This document shows, piece after piece, positions 46,720 to 56,142 of a DNA stretch of 64,000 nt. Source of the stretch: a bacterium (GTDB lineage: Bacteria > Bacillota_I > Bacilli_A > RFN20 > CAG-826); contig CAVGXP010000038.1 in the NCBI GenBank assembly GCA_963633165.1, positions 56,290 through 120,289 of the forward strand, given 5' to 3'. Numbering within the stretch: the first letter of the stretch is position 1; each line of letters opens with the position of its first letter. The position numbers and the translations under genes are program-made. The notes under the pieces are model-generated. The model had not been told where the DNA came from and searched no databases. It saw nothing but the letters and a program-made list of their open reading frames with translations.

Positions 46720-47280
46720 TCACTTTTTCCTCAGATAGCGAAGCGCCATCCTGGTGGCTTCTTCATCGTTCAGCGAATCGACCTTGATCGAGGCGATGGC
46801 CGCTTCAATCTCCACTTTCTTGAAATTGAGGGCCTTCAAAGCCGCAGCCACGCCGGGATAGCGGTCCGGGTGCCCCTTCTCATCGGTTTTGACGAGCTTC
46901 CCTTTGAGGTCGAGGATGATCTGCGCGGCGGCTTTGGGGCCGATGCCGGGGAGCTTTTTCAAAAAGGATGTGTTGTTGCTTTCTATGGCTTGGAAAAGGA
47001 GCCCGGGGGTTGTTTGGGACAATGCCGAAAGGGCGGTCTTAGGCCCGATTCCCTTGACGCAAATCAAAGAGGCGAAGGCCATTTTCTCCGTTTTGTCTTT
47101 GAAACCGACAAGATAATGGTCTTCCTGAGAGATGGCTTCGTAGGTATAGACAAGGCATTTCTCGCCCAAAGAGAAATCCGAGGTCCGGGACACCAAAACC
47201 TCATAGGCGATGTCCCCAAGGTCGATGGCGACCCATCCTTCGCCGATTTCGGCGACTATTCCGTTAACAGAGTAAATCAT
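46720..47280 (-). CDS. ruvA: Holliday junction DNA helicase RuvA
   Basis: OB fold followed by HhH motifs (LICVKGIGPKTA...LPGIGPKAAAQI); 186 aa, 1 bp upstream of ruvB. Confidence 0.9.
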   Translation of the reverse strand: MIYSVNGIVAEIGEGWVAIDLGDIAYEVLVSRTSDFSLGEKCLVYTYEAISQEDHYLVGFKDKTEKMAFASLICVKGIGPKTALSALSQTTPGLLFQAIESNNTSFLKKLPGIGPKAAAQIILDLKGKLVKTDEKGHPDRYPGVAAALKALNFKKVEIEAAIASIKVDSLNDEEATRMALRYLRKK

Positions 47281-47421
47281 TATGAAAGAAGGATGAGGAA
47301 TATGGATAAGGCGAAAAGGCCGATTGAGGTTAGCGTCAACGCGATCAGGCTTTTAAGAAAATCCTCTTTCCCCATGCAAGGAGATTATAGCAAACCTAAA
47401 GGCATTCTGAGAAAAAGGGAA

Positions 47422-48711
47422 TCAATCCGTGTAGGTGAATTCAAAATCGCCAAGCCTTACGGTGTCGCCGTCTTTGGCGCCCTTCTTCTTCAAGGCCTCT
47501 TCCACGCCCAAGCGATTTAGGTAATTGATGAGTCTGGAGACGCCTTGGTCGTCGCTTAGGTTCATCAAGGCGTATTTCTCCAAAACCTCTTTGCCGGTGA
47601 TGACGAAGAGATGTTCGGAGGGGCGAGTCAAGGTGAATGGCGGCTCCTTGAGCTCTTTGGAGGCGTCATAGACGCGGTATTCTGGCGAATCGACGTCCTC
47701 TTGGGCCTTTCCAAGGGGGAATACTGGTGTTTTCTGGATAAGCTCATAGGCTTTCTTGATGAGCTCGTTAACGCCTTCGTTGGTAAGGGCGGAGACGGGG
47801 ATGACGGGCTCTTTGACCTTCTTTTGAAATTCTTCTAGCCGCTCTTGTGCCCCATCGCAGTCCATCTTCGTTCCGACGATGATCTGAGGGCGTTTCTCCA
47901 AATCGGCGCCGTAATCCTTCAGTTCTTCGTTAATCGCTAGGTAAGAAGCATAGGGATCCCTTTCCCCATCCATGCTTACCATATGAATCAAAACGCGGCA
48001 TCTTTCGATGTGGCGAAGGAAGGTGATGCCAAGGCCTTTCCCTTCATGGGCCCCTTCGATGAGACCGGGCATATCGGCCAAAACGAATTGGGAGTAACCA
48101 TCGGGCAAAGTGACAACGCCTAGATTGGGGACGAGGGTCGTGAAAGGGTAATCCGCCGTGGCGACATTGGCTTTGGAGACGATGTTCAAAAAAGTGGATT
48201 TACCTACGCTTGGGAAGCCGATAAGCCCTGCGTCAGCGACGAGCTTAAGCTCGAGAATTAGGCGTTTTTTCTCTCCGGGATGGCCGTTTTCGGCGACTCT
48301 TGGGATGCGGAGGCGGCTCGATTTGAAAGAGGCGTTGCCTCTTCCTCCCCTCCCCCCTTTAGCGACGCAGACAATCTGTCCCTCGCTAGAAAGATCGGCT
48401 AGAAGAGTGTTTCCTTCCTCAAGGTAAACCAGGGTCCCCACCGGGACTTCGGAGATGACGTCTTCGGCATTGCGCCCGGCTCTCATCTTCTTGTCGCCTT
48501 TTCCCCCGTCGGCAGCTTCCAAAACCCGGGAATGGCGGTAAGCCAAAAGGGTGTTGACGTTCTTTTTGGCAATCAGGAAGACCGATCCCCCTTTGCCTCC
48601 GTTCCCCCCATCCGGGCCGCCTTTGGGCATGTTTTTCTCCTGGAGAAAGGAAATGCAGCCATCTCCGCCTTTGCCGGAGCGTACTTCAACGATTGCGCGG
48701 TCTATCAGCAT
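47422..48711 (-). CDS. obg: GTPase Obg/CgtA
   Basis: Glycine-rich Obg fold (GGDGGNGGKGGSVF), G domain (GFPSVGKSTFL, DMPGLIEGA, NKMD) and a C-terminal TGS-like domain. Confidence 0.95.
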   Translation of the reverse strand: MLIDRAIVEVRSGKGGDGCISFLQEKNMPKGGPDGGNGGKGGSVFLIAKKNVNTLLAYRHSRVLEAADGGKGDKKMRAGRNAEDVISEVPVGTLVYLEEGNTLLADLSSEGQIVCVAKGGRGGRGNASFKSSRLRIPRVAENGHPGEKKRLILELKLVADAGLIGFPSVGKSTFLNIVSKANVATADYPFTTLVPNLGVVTLPDGYSQFVLADMPGLIEGAHEGKGLGITFLRHIERCRVLIHMVSMDGERDPYASYLAINEELKDYGADLEKRPQIIVGTKMDCDGAQERLEEFQKKVKEPVIPVSALTNEGVNELIKKAYELIQKTPVFPLGKAQEDVDSPEYRVYDASKELKEPPFTLTRPSEHLFVITGKEVLEKYALMNLSDDQGVSRLINYLNRLGVEEALKKKGAKDGDTVRLGDFEFTYTD

Positions 48712-49451
48712 AGTTTTTCTCCTTCTTTCAGCAGATAATGGGCTTTGTTCTTCTTGATGGCGCAGAGGTCATCGTAGAATTTGCGGCTCGAGGACACCAC
48801 TCCCTGTAGCGTGGAATCGGGATCGTCTTTCCAAGTCGCGGGATATTCTTTTATTTTGCCTTTGTTGAGATGGATGAAATAGAGATATTCGACATCGAAG
48901 GCCGAGCCCATGGTGAGTTGCTTTTCCGCGGCTTTTTTAGCAGCAGGAAGCTTAAAAAGCTTGAATCCGCATTGGGTGTCCGAGACTTCCTTAATATGGA
49001 ACTTCATCCTGATGATGGTTTTCGCGCCCCAATGGGTAATCCGCCTCTTCAGGGGCTGCTTTTGGGCGTATACGCTGCCTGCGCAATCCCTAGAAGCGAT
49101 TTGGGCATCGTATTTGCCGAGGTCTTTCTGCATCAAAGAGAACACCGACAGATCGGTGGACAAATCGGCGTCGAAGAAAAGGACGTAGTCCCCTTCGCTA
49201 TGGAGGATCCCCTTCTTCACGGCCCAGCCTTTGCCTTTCTTATCCTCGACCTCGTCGAGCTTGACTTGGGCTGGCATTTCCTTCAAGCCGTCTTCGAGTA
49301 GCTTAATCTGCTCTTTGGAGGAGCGATCGGCTTCGATGAGGATGGAATAGGTAAGGCCGCTGGCGTCGAAAAAAGGCAGAATGCTCTCTTTGAGGTTCTT
49401 AAGCAGCTTCTCGCTTTGATTATAACAAGGGATGACAATGCAGAGTTTCAT
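48705..49451 (-). CDS. Family 2 glycosyltransferase (DPM1/glycolipid-synthase-like)
   Basis: GT-A N-terminus (KLCIVIPCYNQSEKL) with a DAD-like motif (LFFDADLSTD). The start is probably MKLCIV; the track ORF begins at 49493. Overlaps the obg start. Confidence 0.7.
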   Translation of the reverse strand: MKLCIVIPCYNQSEKLLKNLKESILPFFDASGLTYSILIEADRSSKEQIKLLEDGLKEMPAQVKLDEVEDKKGKGWAVKKGILHSEGDYVLFFDADLSTDLSVFSLMQKDLGKYDAQIASRDCAGSVYAQKQPLKRRITHWGAKTIIRMKFHIKEVSDTQCGFKLFKLPAAKKAAEKQLTMGSAFDVEYLYFIHLNKGKIKEYPATWKDDPDSTLQGVVSSSRKFYDDLCAIKKNKAHYLLKEGEKLC

Positions 49452-49528
49452 AGGCCAAATGATTATATAGACACTCCTACAAGAAACAAGCAAAGAAAAA
49501 GGGCGGTACTCCGCCCTGCTTCTTGCTC

Positions 49529-50422
49529 TTAGTCTTCCGTTTGGGTGATGGTTAAGGCAAAGGATGGGTTGAATTCAAGCTCGGTTTCGGTGCGCTTATA
49601 TTGCTCCGCGTTCCAATTGACGATGACGCAATTGCCGTAAGTGAAGGCGGCTTTGTAGGAAGAGGAGGCGATTTTGTTTTGGGAGAAGGAATCGGCGACC
49701 TCATACGGCCGTCCGTCTTTGAAGCGATGGTATTCAGAATAGACATCGGTGTAATCTCTTAGCTCATGGATGGATTCACCGAAATAAACGCTGTCGAAAT
49801 AGGATTGGTAGCTCCTGGTGTCCCCTCCTTCAAGAACAAGGTCAGATTCGCTGCCGCTAGGGGAATAGGCGACGGATTCGCTGGCAAAGCTGATTGGGGA
49901 GACGCTGCCATCATACCGGTTGAGATAATCGTAGGCCACGTCTTCCATTTGATTGAATTGGGCGCGGTTTTCGTTCTCGAAAAGATTAAGCAAGGTAAGA
50001 AAACGGGTTTTATCGATGACGTTATATTGCCTTCTGACGGACATCGTGTTCACCGCGAAGATGTATTGCTCTTCCAAATCCACGATGCTCCCTTCCGAAT
50101 CGGTTGAGGCGGCGACGTTAGAGAAAAGGAAGAAGTCATTTCTTGTGACGTTAGAGGGATCACTGGATGAGGTGTAATGCTTGGCTGAGAAATAGGCGTA
50201 TTTTCCCTTCTGGAAACGCACGTCCACGGAGGTATACCAACCTTTGGAAAGTTCAAGGTAAGAAGCGGAAAACGAATCCTCTTCCATGGTCTTTCTATTT
50301 TCGTAGATGCTTTTAGCGTAGGTCACGCTATCCTCGATGCTGATCCTCTGTTTATTTGAACATCCAGAGGCAAGGGTAAGGATTGAAACGCCTATCAGGG
50401 CGATTTTCATTTTGTTGTTCAT
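49529..50422 (-). CDS. Lipoprotein of unknown function within the glycan utilisation locus
   Basis: Signal peptide and lipobox (ILTLASGC); about 295 aa, rich in Tyr/Ser/Asp, with no recognisable catalytic motif. Its start overlaps the end of the GH13 gene, suggesting co-transcription. Confidence 0.55.
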   Translation of the reverse strand: MNNKMKIALIGVSILTLASGCSNKQRISIEDSVTYAKSIYENRKTMEEDSFSASYLELSKGWYTSVDVRFQKGKYAYFSAKHYTSSSDPSNVTRNDFFLFSNVAASTDSEGSIVDLEEQYIFAVNTMSVRRQYNVIDKTRFLTLLNLFENENRAQFNQMEDVAYDYLNRYDGSVSPISFASESVAYSPSGSESDLVLEGGDTRSYQSYFDSVYFGESIHELRDYTDVYSEYHRFKDGRPYEVADSFSQNKIASSSYKAAFTYGNCVIVNWNAEQYKRTETELEFNPSFALTITQTED

Positions 50423-50442
50423 GTTCTTGTATATCCTCTCTT

Positions 50443-52149
50443 TCATTCCAAAGACAGTAATATCGATGAGCAAGGCCCTAAGGTCAGGGTCCTGCCTTCT
50501 AGTGTGGGCAATGTTTCGTCAGGATAGACTCCATCAAGGATCGAATAGGTGGCCCCATCTAGATCAGGGAGCAAGAAGGTCGCCTCTTCCTCTTCGTTAT
50601 GGACGATGGCGTAAGTTTTCCCTTCGTAAGTCACTTTGCCAAAGCCAACCGTGCGGATAGGTGTTTGACCGTCTTCTTTATAAAGCGGCGACACCCTTTC
50701 ATAAACCCCATCTTTGATGAAGGAGTATTTTTCTCTCAAGGCGATGAGGGCTTTGTAATGGGAAAGCAGGCTATCGGGGTCTTTTTCTTCGTCTAAGGCG
50801 CCTTTGACCTGCTGGTCGCCAGTATAATCCGCCCCAACGGGATTTGAGCATCTAGACGCATCATCTTCTTCTCTCCAGATGAAGGGCAGCCTGCGGTTAG
50901 CGTCGGTATTCGCACTCCCTCGGCTTCCTCCTAGATCAATCTCTTCCCCATAATAGAGGAATGGGGTGCCAGGGGTAAGAAGGCAATAGGAAGCGGCGAG
51001 TTTGCGGCGTAGCAGTCGCAGCCCCTCCACCTTGAATTTATTGAAGTAGCTACGGATGCGGTCTTGGTCGTGGTTGGAAAGGAAGAAGACGGGCTTGGTG
51101 CCCTCACCTTGTTTCCCTTGGACGGCTTCGATTTCAGAGAAGACCACCCCCGCTTTCTTATAATCGCCAGCGTAAGAGACGAAAGAGGAAGTCCCGGTGA
51201 CGGAATTCATGAAATCGAACAGCGTCATCCCCGAAGAGGAATAAGAGCTTATCGTATTCGAGCTGAAGTCGTTGGGCCAAACCTCGGCGACGGTGTAAAC
51301 ATCCTCTTTTTTCGAAGTCAGGAAATTGCGCAGTTCCTTGCAATAGGCGATATTTGAGGAATTCTGCTGATAGAAATAATAATAGACCCCATCGAAGCGG
51401 AAGCCGCTCGCCCCGGCGTTTAGCCAGAATTCGAGGATTTGCCTTTGCCTTGCTTTCAAAGATTCGCTAGAAAGGTTGAATTCAGGCATATTGGAATCGA
51501 AATTGGCTTCGTAATAAACGGTTTTGCCTTTATGGACGACGGTATAGAAACGCGATGTCGTATACGAAGGGAGGGTCGAATAGAAAACGTAGTCGTCTTT
51601 GTAGGAATCTTCTCCTTCGTATCCGGAGCAATAATCGTCCAAGGCGGCCTCAAACCAAGGGTTTTTCTTCGAAGAATGATTGAGGACCATGTCCAAGACG
51701 ATCTTCATGCCTCTTTTTTTGGCTTCGACGCAAAGCGAGGTGAAATCCTCGATGGTGCCGAATTCCTCGGCGACGGAGAAATAATCCTCAACGTCGTAAT
51801 GATGGTAAGTCGAAGAAGGGTGGATCGGAGTCAGCCAAAGATAGGTCACCCCTAGCGAAGAAAGGTAATCCAGATGCTCCTTTATTCCGTTGAGATCCCC
51901 GACGCCATCGCCATTGCTGTCGGCGAAGCTGCCCACGAAGATCTCATAGCCGACTTCGCTTTTGTTGATCTCCCCATCAGGGAGAGACACGGGGGACATG
52001 GTCTTGCCGAAATGGTAACGCCCATCGTCGATGGAGCTTTCCTCTTTTGAAGAAGAAACTTCGTCGCTGGAAGATTCCCCGCTTGGATTAGCGCAAGAAA
52101 ACAGCAAAGGGGCCAAAAGAACAATTTTAGAAAGCGACTTGCTTTTCAT
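50443..52149 (-). CDS. GH13 alpha-amylase-family enzyme, lipoprotein (alpha-glucosidase/neopullulanase-like)
   Basis: Lipobox LLFSC and GH13 regions (GVTYLWLTPIH; GFRFDGVYYY; FLSNHDQDR). 568 aa. Confidence 0.8.
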   Translation of the reverse strand: MKSKSLSKIVLLAPLLFSCANPSGESSSDEVSSSKEESSIDDGRYHFGKTMSPVSLPDGEINKSEVGYEIFVGSFADSNGDGVGDLNGIKEHLDYLSSLGVTYLWLTPIHPSSTYHHYDVEDYFSVAEEFGTIEDFTSLCVEAKKRGMKIVLDMVLNHSSKKNPWFEAALDDYCSGYEGEDSYKDDYVFYSTLPSYTTSRFYTVVHKGKTVYYEANFDSNMPEFNLSSESLKARQRQILEFWLNAGASGFRFDGVYYYFYQQNSSNIAYCKELRNFLTSKKEDVYTVAEVWPNDFSSNTISSYSSSGMTLFDFMNSVTGTSSFVSYAGDYKKAGVVFSEIEAVQGKQGEGTKPVFFLSNHDQDRIRSYFNKFKVEGLRLLRRKLAASYCLLTPGTPFLYYGEEIDLGGSRGSANTDANRRLPFIWREEDDASRCSNPVGADYTGDQQVKGALDEEKDPDSLLSHYKALIALREKYSFIKDGVYERVSPLYKEDGQTPIRTVGFGKVTYEGKTYAIVHNEEEEATFLLPDLDGATYSILDGVYPDETLPTLEGRTLTLGPCSSILLSLE

Positions 52150-52153
52150 TGGA

Positions 52154-53194
52154 CTAGCCTTTCACCGCCCCGCCGGTAACCCCGGACACGTAGTTCTTCT
52201 GCATGAGGATGAAGAGAACAGAAATAGGAACTGCGATAATGACCGCCCCGGCGCAGAATTGACCCCAATAATAGGAAGGGAGGCTTTTCTCAGAGGCGTT
52301 GACCATCTCATAAAGCATGACGGCAACGGTCGTGACCGTGCCCGTTTTGTTGTTTTGCGCCCCGCCTGTAAGCATGTATGAAGCCGTAATGTATTCGGCC
52401 CAAGGCGCCATGAAGGCGGTTAAAACGGTATAGACGACGATAGGTTTGGAAAGAGGGAGAGTGATTTTGTAGAAAATCTGGAAACGAGTCGCCCCATCCA
52501 CCATCGCCGCTTCGTCGATTTGCTTGGAAATCGTGTCGAAAAAGCCTTTGGAGATGTAATATCCCATCCCCGCGCCGCCGGAATAGCAGATGATCAAAGT
52601 CCAGATCGAATTGCCGATGTGAAGGATTTTGAAAATCTGATAAAGGATGATGAGGCCGACAAAACCCGGGAACATGCCAAGGATCAGGATGACCCTCATC
52701 ATGGGCTGCCTAGCCTTGAAGCGGAGGCGAGAGAAGGCATAGGCCGTCGCAAGGGTAAACAAAGTCGAGATAAGCGCGGAGAAAATTGCGATGATCAAAG
52801 TCTGGAAGAATCCGCCGAAGACGAATTTTCCTTCCAAATTGGCCGTGGACCAGAAGAAATTGAAGGCGCTGTCTTCGATGTTGAAACCCGAATCCGTCGC
52901 TTTCTTGACCTTGTTGGTGGCTAAGAAGATGTAATTCTCTAAACTCCAGGTAGACGGATAGAGTTTAGCCTGCGAGGCTAGACCATATTCGCCGGTGAAG
53001 GATTGAAGGATGAGCCACACGATCGGGGAAAGCCAGATGAGGGCCATGACGGTCAAAAGGAGATAGACCAAGACGTCTCCGGTGATGCGCCCGGCTTTTT
53101 GGGATGCGTAATGCTTTTTGGCCTTAGCTTTTGATAAGGCGATTTCGTTGTTGCTCATATTACTGGAACTCCTCCTCGTTTTTGGTGGAACCAA
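52154..53194 (-). CDS. Carbohydrate ABC transporter permease (MalG-like)
   Basis: Six-TM MalG-type permease of 346 aa with the EAA loop region; overlaps the end of the upstream MalF-like gene. Confidence 0.8.
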   Translation of the reverse strand: MVPPKTRRSSSNMSNNEIALSKAKAKKHYASQKAGRITGDVLVYLLLTVMALIWLSPIVWLILQSFTGEYGLASQAKLYPSTWSLENYIFLATNKVKKATDSGFNIEDSAFNFFWSTANLEGKFVFGGFFQTLIIAIFSALISTLFTLATAYAFSRLRFKARQPMMRVILILGMFPGFVGLIILYQIFKILHIGNSIWTLIICYSGGAGMGYYISKGFFDTISKQIDEAAMVDGATRFQIFYKITLPLSKPIVVYTVLTAFMAPWAEYITASYMLTGGAQNNKTGTVTTVAVMLYEMVNASEKSLPSYYWGQFCAGAVIIAVPISVLFILMQKNYVSGVTGGAVKG

Positions 53195-56069
53195 GCTTGC
53201 CGTACATGATAAGGCTGAAGAAAGCGCAAATCAGGAAGATGACGCAGCCGATGGCCGAAGCAAGGTAGTATTGCTTGTTGGTCGCGGTGACGGACATCTT
53301 GTAGATCCAGGTAATGAGCAAGTCTGTGTACCCTGCCGGTGCGGTCAAGGCCATCTGCGAATCCGGCCCGCCTCCGGTAAGGAAGAAGATGACGTTGAAA
53401 TTGTTGATGTTGCCGATGAATTGGGTCAGCAAGGAAGGCCCGGTGACGAAGAGGACGTAAGGCATCGTGATCTTCCAGAATTGCTTCCACGCCCCCGCTC
53501 CGTCGATGCAAGAGGATTCGTAGAGGTCGCCAGGGATGTTCATAAGAATCCCCGCGGTGGAAAGCATGGTGTAAGGGATGCCAACCCAGCAGTTGATGAG
53601 GATGATGTTGATTTTGGGAAGCACCGCCCTGACCGTCAAAAAGTTGCCTAGATCCCAGCCACCCCAGTTGGTATTGCTGAAGAAGCCGATGTAGCTAGAG
53701 GAAGTGACATAGGAGATCGTCTGTACCGATAAAGTGCCGTCTTCATTTCTAACGTAATTGGTCAGCGTCTTAAGGCCAGAGACAATGGAATTGCCATTCC
53801 AGTCCTTCCATCCGCTGATCCAGCCAAGGAAGCCTTGCTCTCCGACGATGCGGAAAGGATCATCAGGCGTGCCTGAGCCAACGTAATAGACCTCGGTCAT
53901 GACGCCATCGCTGCCGGCGACTTGTAGACCATGCGTGAAAGAGCCAAGGAAACCGTTGAAAGCGCCTTGGTCGCCGAAGAATTTGGCAATGACGAGAAGG
54001 GTGATGAACTGCGGGATGGCGATGGAGATCACGAACAGGGTGCGCCACACGCCTTTGCCTTTTATGGATTTCCTTTGGATGAGCAAAGCGAGGACGATGC
54101 CGAGGATGTAATTGAGCAAGGTCGCGAACACGGCCCAAACAAGCGTCCACACAAACAAGGACATGAAGGTCTTGGGCATGGTCGAATTGCCCTCCCCCAT
54201 GCCGAATAAGGCCGGGAAGCCCATATTGGACCAAGAGAAGTTATTGTCGCCTTGGCTCATGGTGTCCCAGTTTGTGAAAGCGAGCAAAACGGAGAAGATG
54301 AGCGGGATGATAGTGACGAGCAAGCAGCCGATGGTCGGCAAAGCCATGACCGTCACGGCGAATTTCTCATCGCCGAATTGCTTGAGTTGCTTCGAGAAGG
54401 TCATCGGCGCGGGGTGGAATGGGGTGGTTTCGAATTGAGAGACGTATTCTTCGAAATGGGAAAGCCTGCGGGCGAGGTTATCCCTATCGTGATTAGAGAG
54501 CTTCACTTCTTTATAAATGAGGGCTCCGGTGTCTTTGGGGATGCTATGTTGGAGAAGAAGCTGATTTAGGAAACTGGTTTTGCCGTTATCCGCCATCTCA
54601 AAAAGCAAAGAAGGATCGCCATAGAGCTTCTCGATTTCCTTAAGCAAAGAAAGCCTTGAGGTGTCGTTTTTATTCACGAAATCGTTCAAAGCGTCCTGTG
54701 CGCGGCGATATTTGTAGGAAAGTTCTTCCTCTGGGGTGGCCGTTTCGCCTTTTTTGGAAGAAGAACGGCTTAATCTAACCGCGGAAAGGGCGATTTTTGC
54801 GGCGGTCAAAGCCGTTTCGTAGGAGCAGCCAAAGCATCCGACGATGCGAGTCGCCACCCCTTTGGTTGAAAGCTTGGCTTTGGGATCATTCCTAGAAATT
54901 GGCGTCAAACCATTTCGAATGGATTGTTTATCTTCGGCGAAAACGCAGGCGATGAGGAGCTCGTTTTCCTTCAAAACGCTAAGAAGGGCTTTCGAATCGC
55001 GAAGATGACGGACGTAGTCGTTGTATTTATCGTAGGTGTGGATGAAACGGTAATAAGAGGCGGTCGTCTTGGCAGTGACGTAGGCCATGCCGTTATGGCG
55101 CTCATAAGGCTTTGGAGTCCAAACGAGGTATTTGGCAAAAAGTGTGTGCCAAGTCGATTTGGAGAGCTTGTTGCCCACTTTGGTGAAGATGCCATAAAAC
55201 CAATCTCTGCAGGAAAGATACCCTTTGACGATGAAATTCGGCTCCTTCGAAGGGAGGGAGGCGAAGTCAACGTAGGAGATCAAACGGGAAGAAATGTCGG
55301 AATAGCCGTATTTCTTCCTCATAAGGACGCGGATTTTATGACGGGAAAGTTTGCTCAGGTCCTCTTCGAATTCCTCGACGTGAGAAAGGACGTACATCGC
55401 ATCGATGTGGCCTTGCTTGTAGTCGTAGAGGTTTTCGATCTGATACATGTCGTATCCGCCTTGGACCCCTTTGTTCCAAACGATGAAATAGGCAACGATG
55501 ATGATGAACGTCATGATCCCCAAAACCATCCAGCGAACGGAGACGTCATGGGCGCTAGAAGCGATCAAATCCTCGCTCAACTGCCCAAGGTGGATGAAGT
55601 TGTGAATGGCGGAGCCGCCGACGGTGACCATATAGAAAACAAAGAGCACTTCGACGCAGAGGAACACGATCATGTTCGCCCACTGCTTGCTTTTGGCATA
55701 GCCAATGCCGTTGAAAATCAGATTGAGTCGTCTAAGCCAATCGGTCTCCAGCAGCATGCGGCCTTTGTTGCGAAACCAATTGAAGATTCCCTTGCAGCCG
55801 AGGTATCCATATTTGAACACCCCCACCACGATTTGCACCAAGGCCTTGCAGACATCGAAAATAACCTCCCCTATCAAAAGGAGAAGCCTGATCAAGAATT
55901 CAAGCAAGCCATGGCAAAACCGGAGATAGAAAGGGTCCGGCTTAGCGGTTTCACGGCTGAGGGCTCTGATGCCTTCGAAGTCGATTTTGGCTTCATCAGA
56001 GCTTTCAAACGTAAAACTATCTTTTTTCTCTTCTTCCTTGACGGAAGTCGTTTCCTTATTTTCTTCCAT
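53160..56069 (-). CDS. Carbohydrate ABC transporter permease (MalF-like) with a ~520-aa N-terminal extension
   Basis: The C-terminal ~440 aa are a MalF-type permease with a large extracytoplasmic loop. The N-terminal ~520 aa add three or more TM helices and a charged cytoplasmic domain with no recognisable motif. 969 aa in all. Confidence 0.75.
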   Translation of the reverse strand: MEENKETTSVKEEEKKDSFTFESSDEAKIDFEGIRALSRETAKPDPFYLRFCHGLLEFLIRLLLLIGEVIFDVCKALVQIVVGVFKYGYLGCKGIFNWFRNKGRMLLETDWLRRLNLIFNGIGYAKSKQWANMIVFLCVEVLFVFYMVTVGGSAIHNFIHLGQLSEDLIASSAHDVSVRWMVLGIMTFIIIVAYFIVWNKGVQGGYDMYQIENLYDYKQGHIDAMYVLSHVEEFEEDLSKLSRHKIRVLMRKKYGYSDISSRLISYVDFASLPSKEPNFIVKGYLSCRDWFYGIFTKVGNKLSKSTWHTLFAKYLVWTPKPYERHNGMAYVTAKTTASYYRFIHTYDKYNDYVRHLRDSKALLSVLKENELLIACVFAEDKQSIRNGLTPISRNDPKAKLSTKGVATRIVGCFGCSYETALTAAKIALSAVRLSRSSSKKGETATPEEELSYKYRRAQDALNDFVNKNDTSRLSLLKEIEKLYGDPSLLFEMADNGKTSFLNQLLLQHSIPKDTGALIYKEVKLSNHDRDNLARRLSHFEEYVSQFETTPFHPAPMTFSKQLKQFGDEKFAVTVMALPTIGCLLVTIIPLIFSVLLAFTNWDTMSQGDNNFSWSNMGFPALFGMGEGNSTMPKTFMSLFVWTLVWAVFATLLNYILGIVLALLIQRKSIKGKGVWRTLFVISIAIPQFITLLVIAKFFGDQGAFNGFLGSFTHGLQVAGSDGVMTEVYYVGSGTPDDPFRIVGEQGFLGWISGWKDWNGNSIVSGLKTLTNYVRNEDGTLSVQTISYVTSSSYIGFFSNTNWGGWDLGNFLTVRAVLPKINIILINCWVGIPYTMLSTAGILMNIPGDLYESSCIDGAGAWKQFWKITMPYVLFVTGPSLLTQFIGNINNFNVIFFLTGGGPDSQMALTAPAGYTDLLITWIYKMSVTATNKQYYLASAIGCVIFLICAFFSLIMYGKLGSTKNEEEFQ

Positions 56070-56142
56070 AAAACGCTCCTAGAACGGCGAAACCTCCGGG
56101 GGCCTTGCGACCCCCGGAAGCGATAGTCGATGATTCAGCGGA

